From Squalus acanthias (Eukaryota), in contig CM059432.1 of assembly GCA_030390025.1 (NCBI GenBank), positions 5,022,001 through 5,086,000 of the forward strand: a stretch of DNA of 64,000 nt, in the 5' to 3' direction. This document shows, piece after piece, positions 62,040 through 64,000 of this stretch. The notes below the pieces were generated by a model. The model was not told where the DNA came from. It was given only the letters and a program-made list of their open reading frames with translations, and did not search any database. The first letter of the stretch is position 1. Every line of letters begins with the position of its first letter. The translations under genes and the position numbers were made by a program.

Positions 62040-62610
62040 TTGGCCAGGACACCGGGGAGAACTCCCCTGCTCCTCTTCTTCTGAGCAACACGGTGGCATA
62101 GTGGTTAGCACTGTTGCCTCACAGCGCCAGGGACCCGGGTTCGAATCCGGCCACGGGTGACTGTCTGTGTGGAGTTTGCACATTCTCCCCGTGTCTGCGT
62201 GGGTTTCCTCCGGGTGCTCCGGTTTCCTCCCACAGTCCAAAGATGTGCGGGTTAGGTTGATTTGGCTATGATAAATTGACCCTTAGTGTTAGGGGGATTA
62301 AATACGTGGGGTTACGGGGATAGGGTGGGATATGTGTCAGTGCAGGCTCGATGGGCCAAAATGGCCTCTATCTGCACTGTGGGGATTCGGTGATTGTGAA
62401 ATAGTGCTGTTGGATCTTTTACGTCCACTTGAGGGGGCAGACGGGGCCTCTGTTTAACATCTCATCCAAAAGCCGGCACCTCCGACAGTGCAGCACTCCC
62501 TCAGTACTGCACTGGAGTGTCAGCCTTGATTTTTGTGCTCAAGTCTCTGGAGTGGGACTTGAACCCACAACCTTCTGACTCAGAGGCGAGGGTGCTATCC
62601 ACTGGCTGAC
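62040..62610 (-). mobile_element. Deu-domain SINE interrupted by HE1-like SINE
   Basis: Host ctcttc|gaaatagtgc split by the insertion. Confidence 0.82.
62083..62396 (+). mobile_element. HE1-like V-SINE
   Basis: Near-identical to 45176..45505. Confidence 0.86.
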
Positions 62611-63184
62611 ACACAAAGTTACAGTAAATATTAACCAAACAAGCTGATTAAATGCATGCGTAAATGTATGCAGGTCACTGTATGTGCTGAACTATATTTG
62701 CAAGAACGTGCTTCACACGAGACTTGATTTTAATGCATCTTACTCAGATGTGGATTTCGAGACAAAATACGCGTTACAGAATCAGCCTTACTGCAGATCT
62801 TTTCCCAAAAAGAGAGGGGCCAAGAGTTATCCCAAAGAACTGCACAAGACAGTCCAATGCAGCTGTAGTAAAATCATTGAGCGCGCACAACTGGCCAAGG
62901 AAGTAGATAATATTTCAACACCACCCGCTCTCCTGCTGCACCTTGTTCTGCGACTTATTAGGAATTAACATTGAAAATAAAAGATGAGATTTTGGGAGAA
63001 ATATGCAGAAGACAGTACTGATGCTTCTGTAATCTAAGAATCTGTATTTCGTATCAACTAACACTTAGTCAAACAAAAATGATAAACCAGCCACACGAGT
63101 TGATTTTCAGCCCCAAGTTGAAAACCAGAACATGAGCCTCAGCTCTCCATGAAAATGAGGGTTAAATTTAAAACGCCCATTACC

Positions 63185-63545
63185 ATCATGGTTATCTTAC
63201 TGGACTAGTGATCCAGAACCCTGGGCTATTAATACAGAGAACTCCCACCATGGTAGTTTGAGAATTTGCATTCAGTTCAGTTTAAAAATAAAAAGCTGGT
63301 CATCAGTAAAAGTGATCACAAAGCTGTCGGATTGTCGTCGTGGGTTCACTGATGTCCTTTAAGGAAGGAAACCTGCCATCCTTACCCAGTCCAGCCTATA
63401 TGTGCCTCCAGTTGCACTCCAGCTCTTCACTGCCCTCAGAAGTGGCCGAACAAGCCACTCTGATATAAAATCAGGGCAACGAGGGATGGGCAATAAATAC
63501 CAACCTTGCCTGCGCCACTCACACCCCAGGAACGAATTAAAAAAG
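63185..63545 (+). mobile_element. SINE made of the 5' head and 3' tail of the single-ORF LINE
   Basis: ggttatcttactggactag...ggttcactgatgtcctttaaggaaggaaa...aagccactc joined to gggcaacgagggatgggcaataaat...aaaaaa. Confidence 0.75.
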
Positions 63546-63612
63546 TCCCGCTATCTCTCTAATACAAACCTATGTTTTAAAAAGGTCAAACTTCAAAAAT
63601 TAAATAACTAAC

Positions 63613-63721
63613 CTTCCGAAGGCCGCCGGTCGTGTCCAAAAAATACCCGAGTTGCTGAGCTCTTAATGCAGGGTAAAGGAAGCTGGGGTAAAGGTCCATC
63701 AGGTGAGAACTGGCTTACGCT
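63613..63721 (-). CDS. TRAPPC8: TRAPPC8 exon (SVSQFSPDGPLPQLPLPCIKSSATRVFFGHDRRPSE)
   Basis: acttcag| acceptor, G|gttagt donor, 109 nt, phase 0 to 1. Confidence 0.95.
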
Positions 63722-64000
63722 CTGAAGTGGGAAGGGGAAAAAAAAAAAGTTAACAAAGTTTGATGAAAATCCATTCAAAAAAACTTGAATTACTGAGATT
63801 CCACCAATGTTCATTAGTACCATTTTTATACCATAAACTTTCATTCTTCTCGCTTCCCACGCTCATTGGGTAGTTTTACGACGTGAAAAGGCGCTATATA
63901 AATATAAGTTGTTGTTGTACCCAAATGTACACTTCAAAAGTACTTCATTGGCTGTAAAGCTCTCTGGGACGTCCGGAGGTTGTGAAAGGCGCTATAGAAA

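Larger units (their letters stand above)
308..63721 (-). other. TRAPPC8: TRAPPC8 gene, partial (15 internal coding exons; 5' and 3' ends outside window)
   Basis: Fifteen exons with AG/GT boundaries and compatible phases give 2150 nt of continuous frame, collinear with the C-terminal half of vertebrate TRAPPC8 as I recall it. Confidence 0.96.

Noticed and set aside
62640..63170. Unique, mildly CpG-containing stretch with a 94-aa ORF
   Set aside because: No TIRs, splice pair or recognisable motif found.
1..64000. CRISPR array, rRNA or snoRNA genes
   Set aside because: No regularly spaced repeats, rRNA similarity or convincing C/D or H/ACA structure seen by eye; small RNAs could be missed without Infernal.

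Overview
Eukaryotic genomic DNA, most likely a cartilaginous fish (shark-type HE1/V-SINE, Deu-domain SINE, CR1, L2 and Penelope repeats). The window lies inside one minus-strand gene, TRAPPC8 (TRAPPIII subunit). Fifteen internal coding exons (63721 down to 308, 2150 nt) have GT-AG boundaries and splice into one open frame; start and stop codons lie outside the window. Introns are packed with nested, mostly dead retroelements and small DNA-transposon derivatives. Main leads: (1) a single-ORF LINE family with an integral tRNA-like Pol III promoter head, no T4 run on its sense strand and a matching head+tail SINE; (2) a frame-preserving 132-nt candidate cassette exon in TRAPPC8, plus two weaker candidates; (3) minimal hammerhead ribozyme motifs in two Penelope-type families; (4) a 112-bp near-perfect local inverted duplication; (5) a ~130-bp hAT-like MITE family; (6) an intronic CpG/promoter-like patch. 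Family names come from my recall of motifs, not a database search. Repeat boundaries are approximate unless a target-site duplication (TSD) is quoted.
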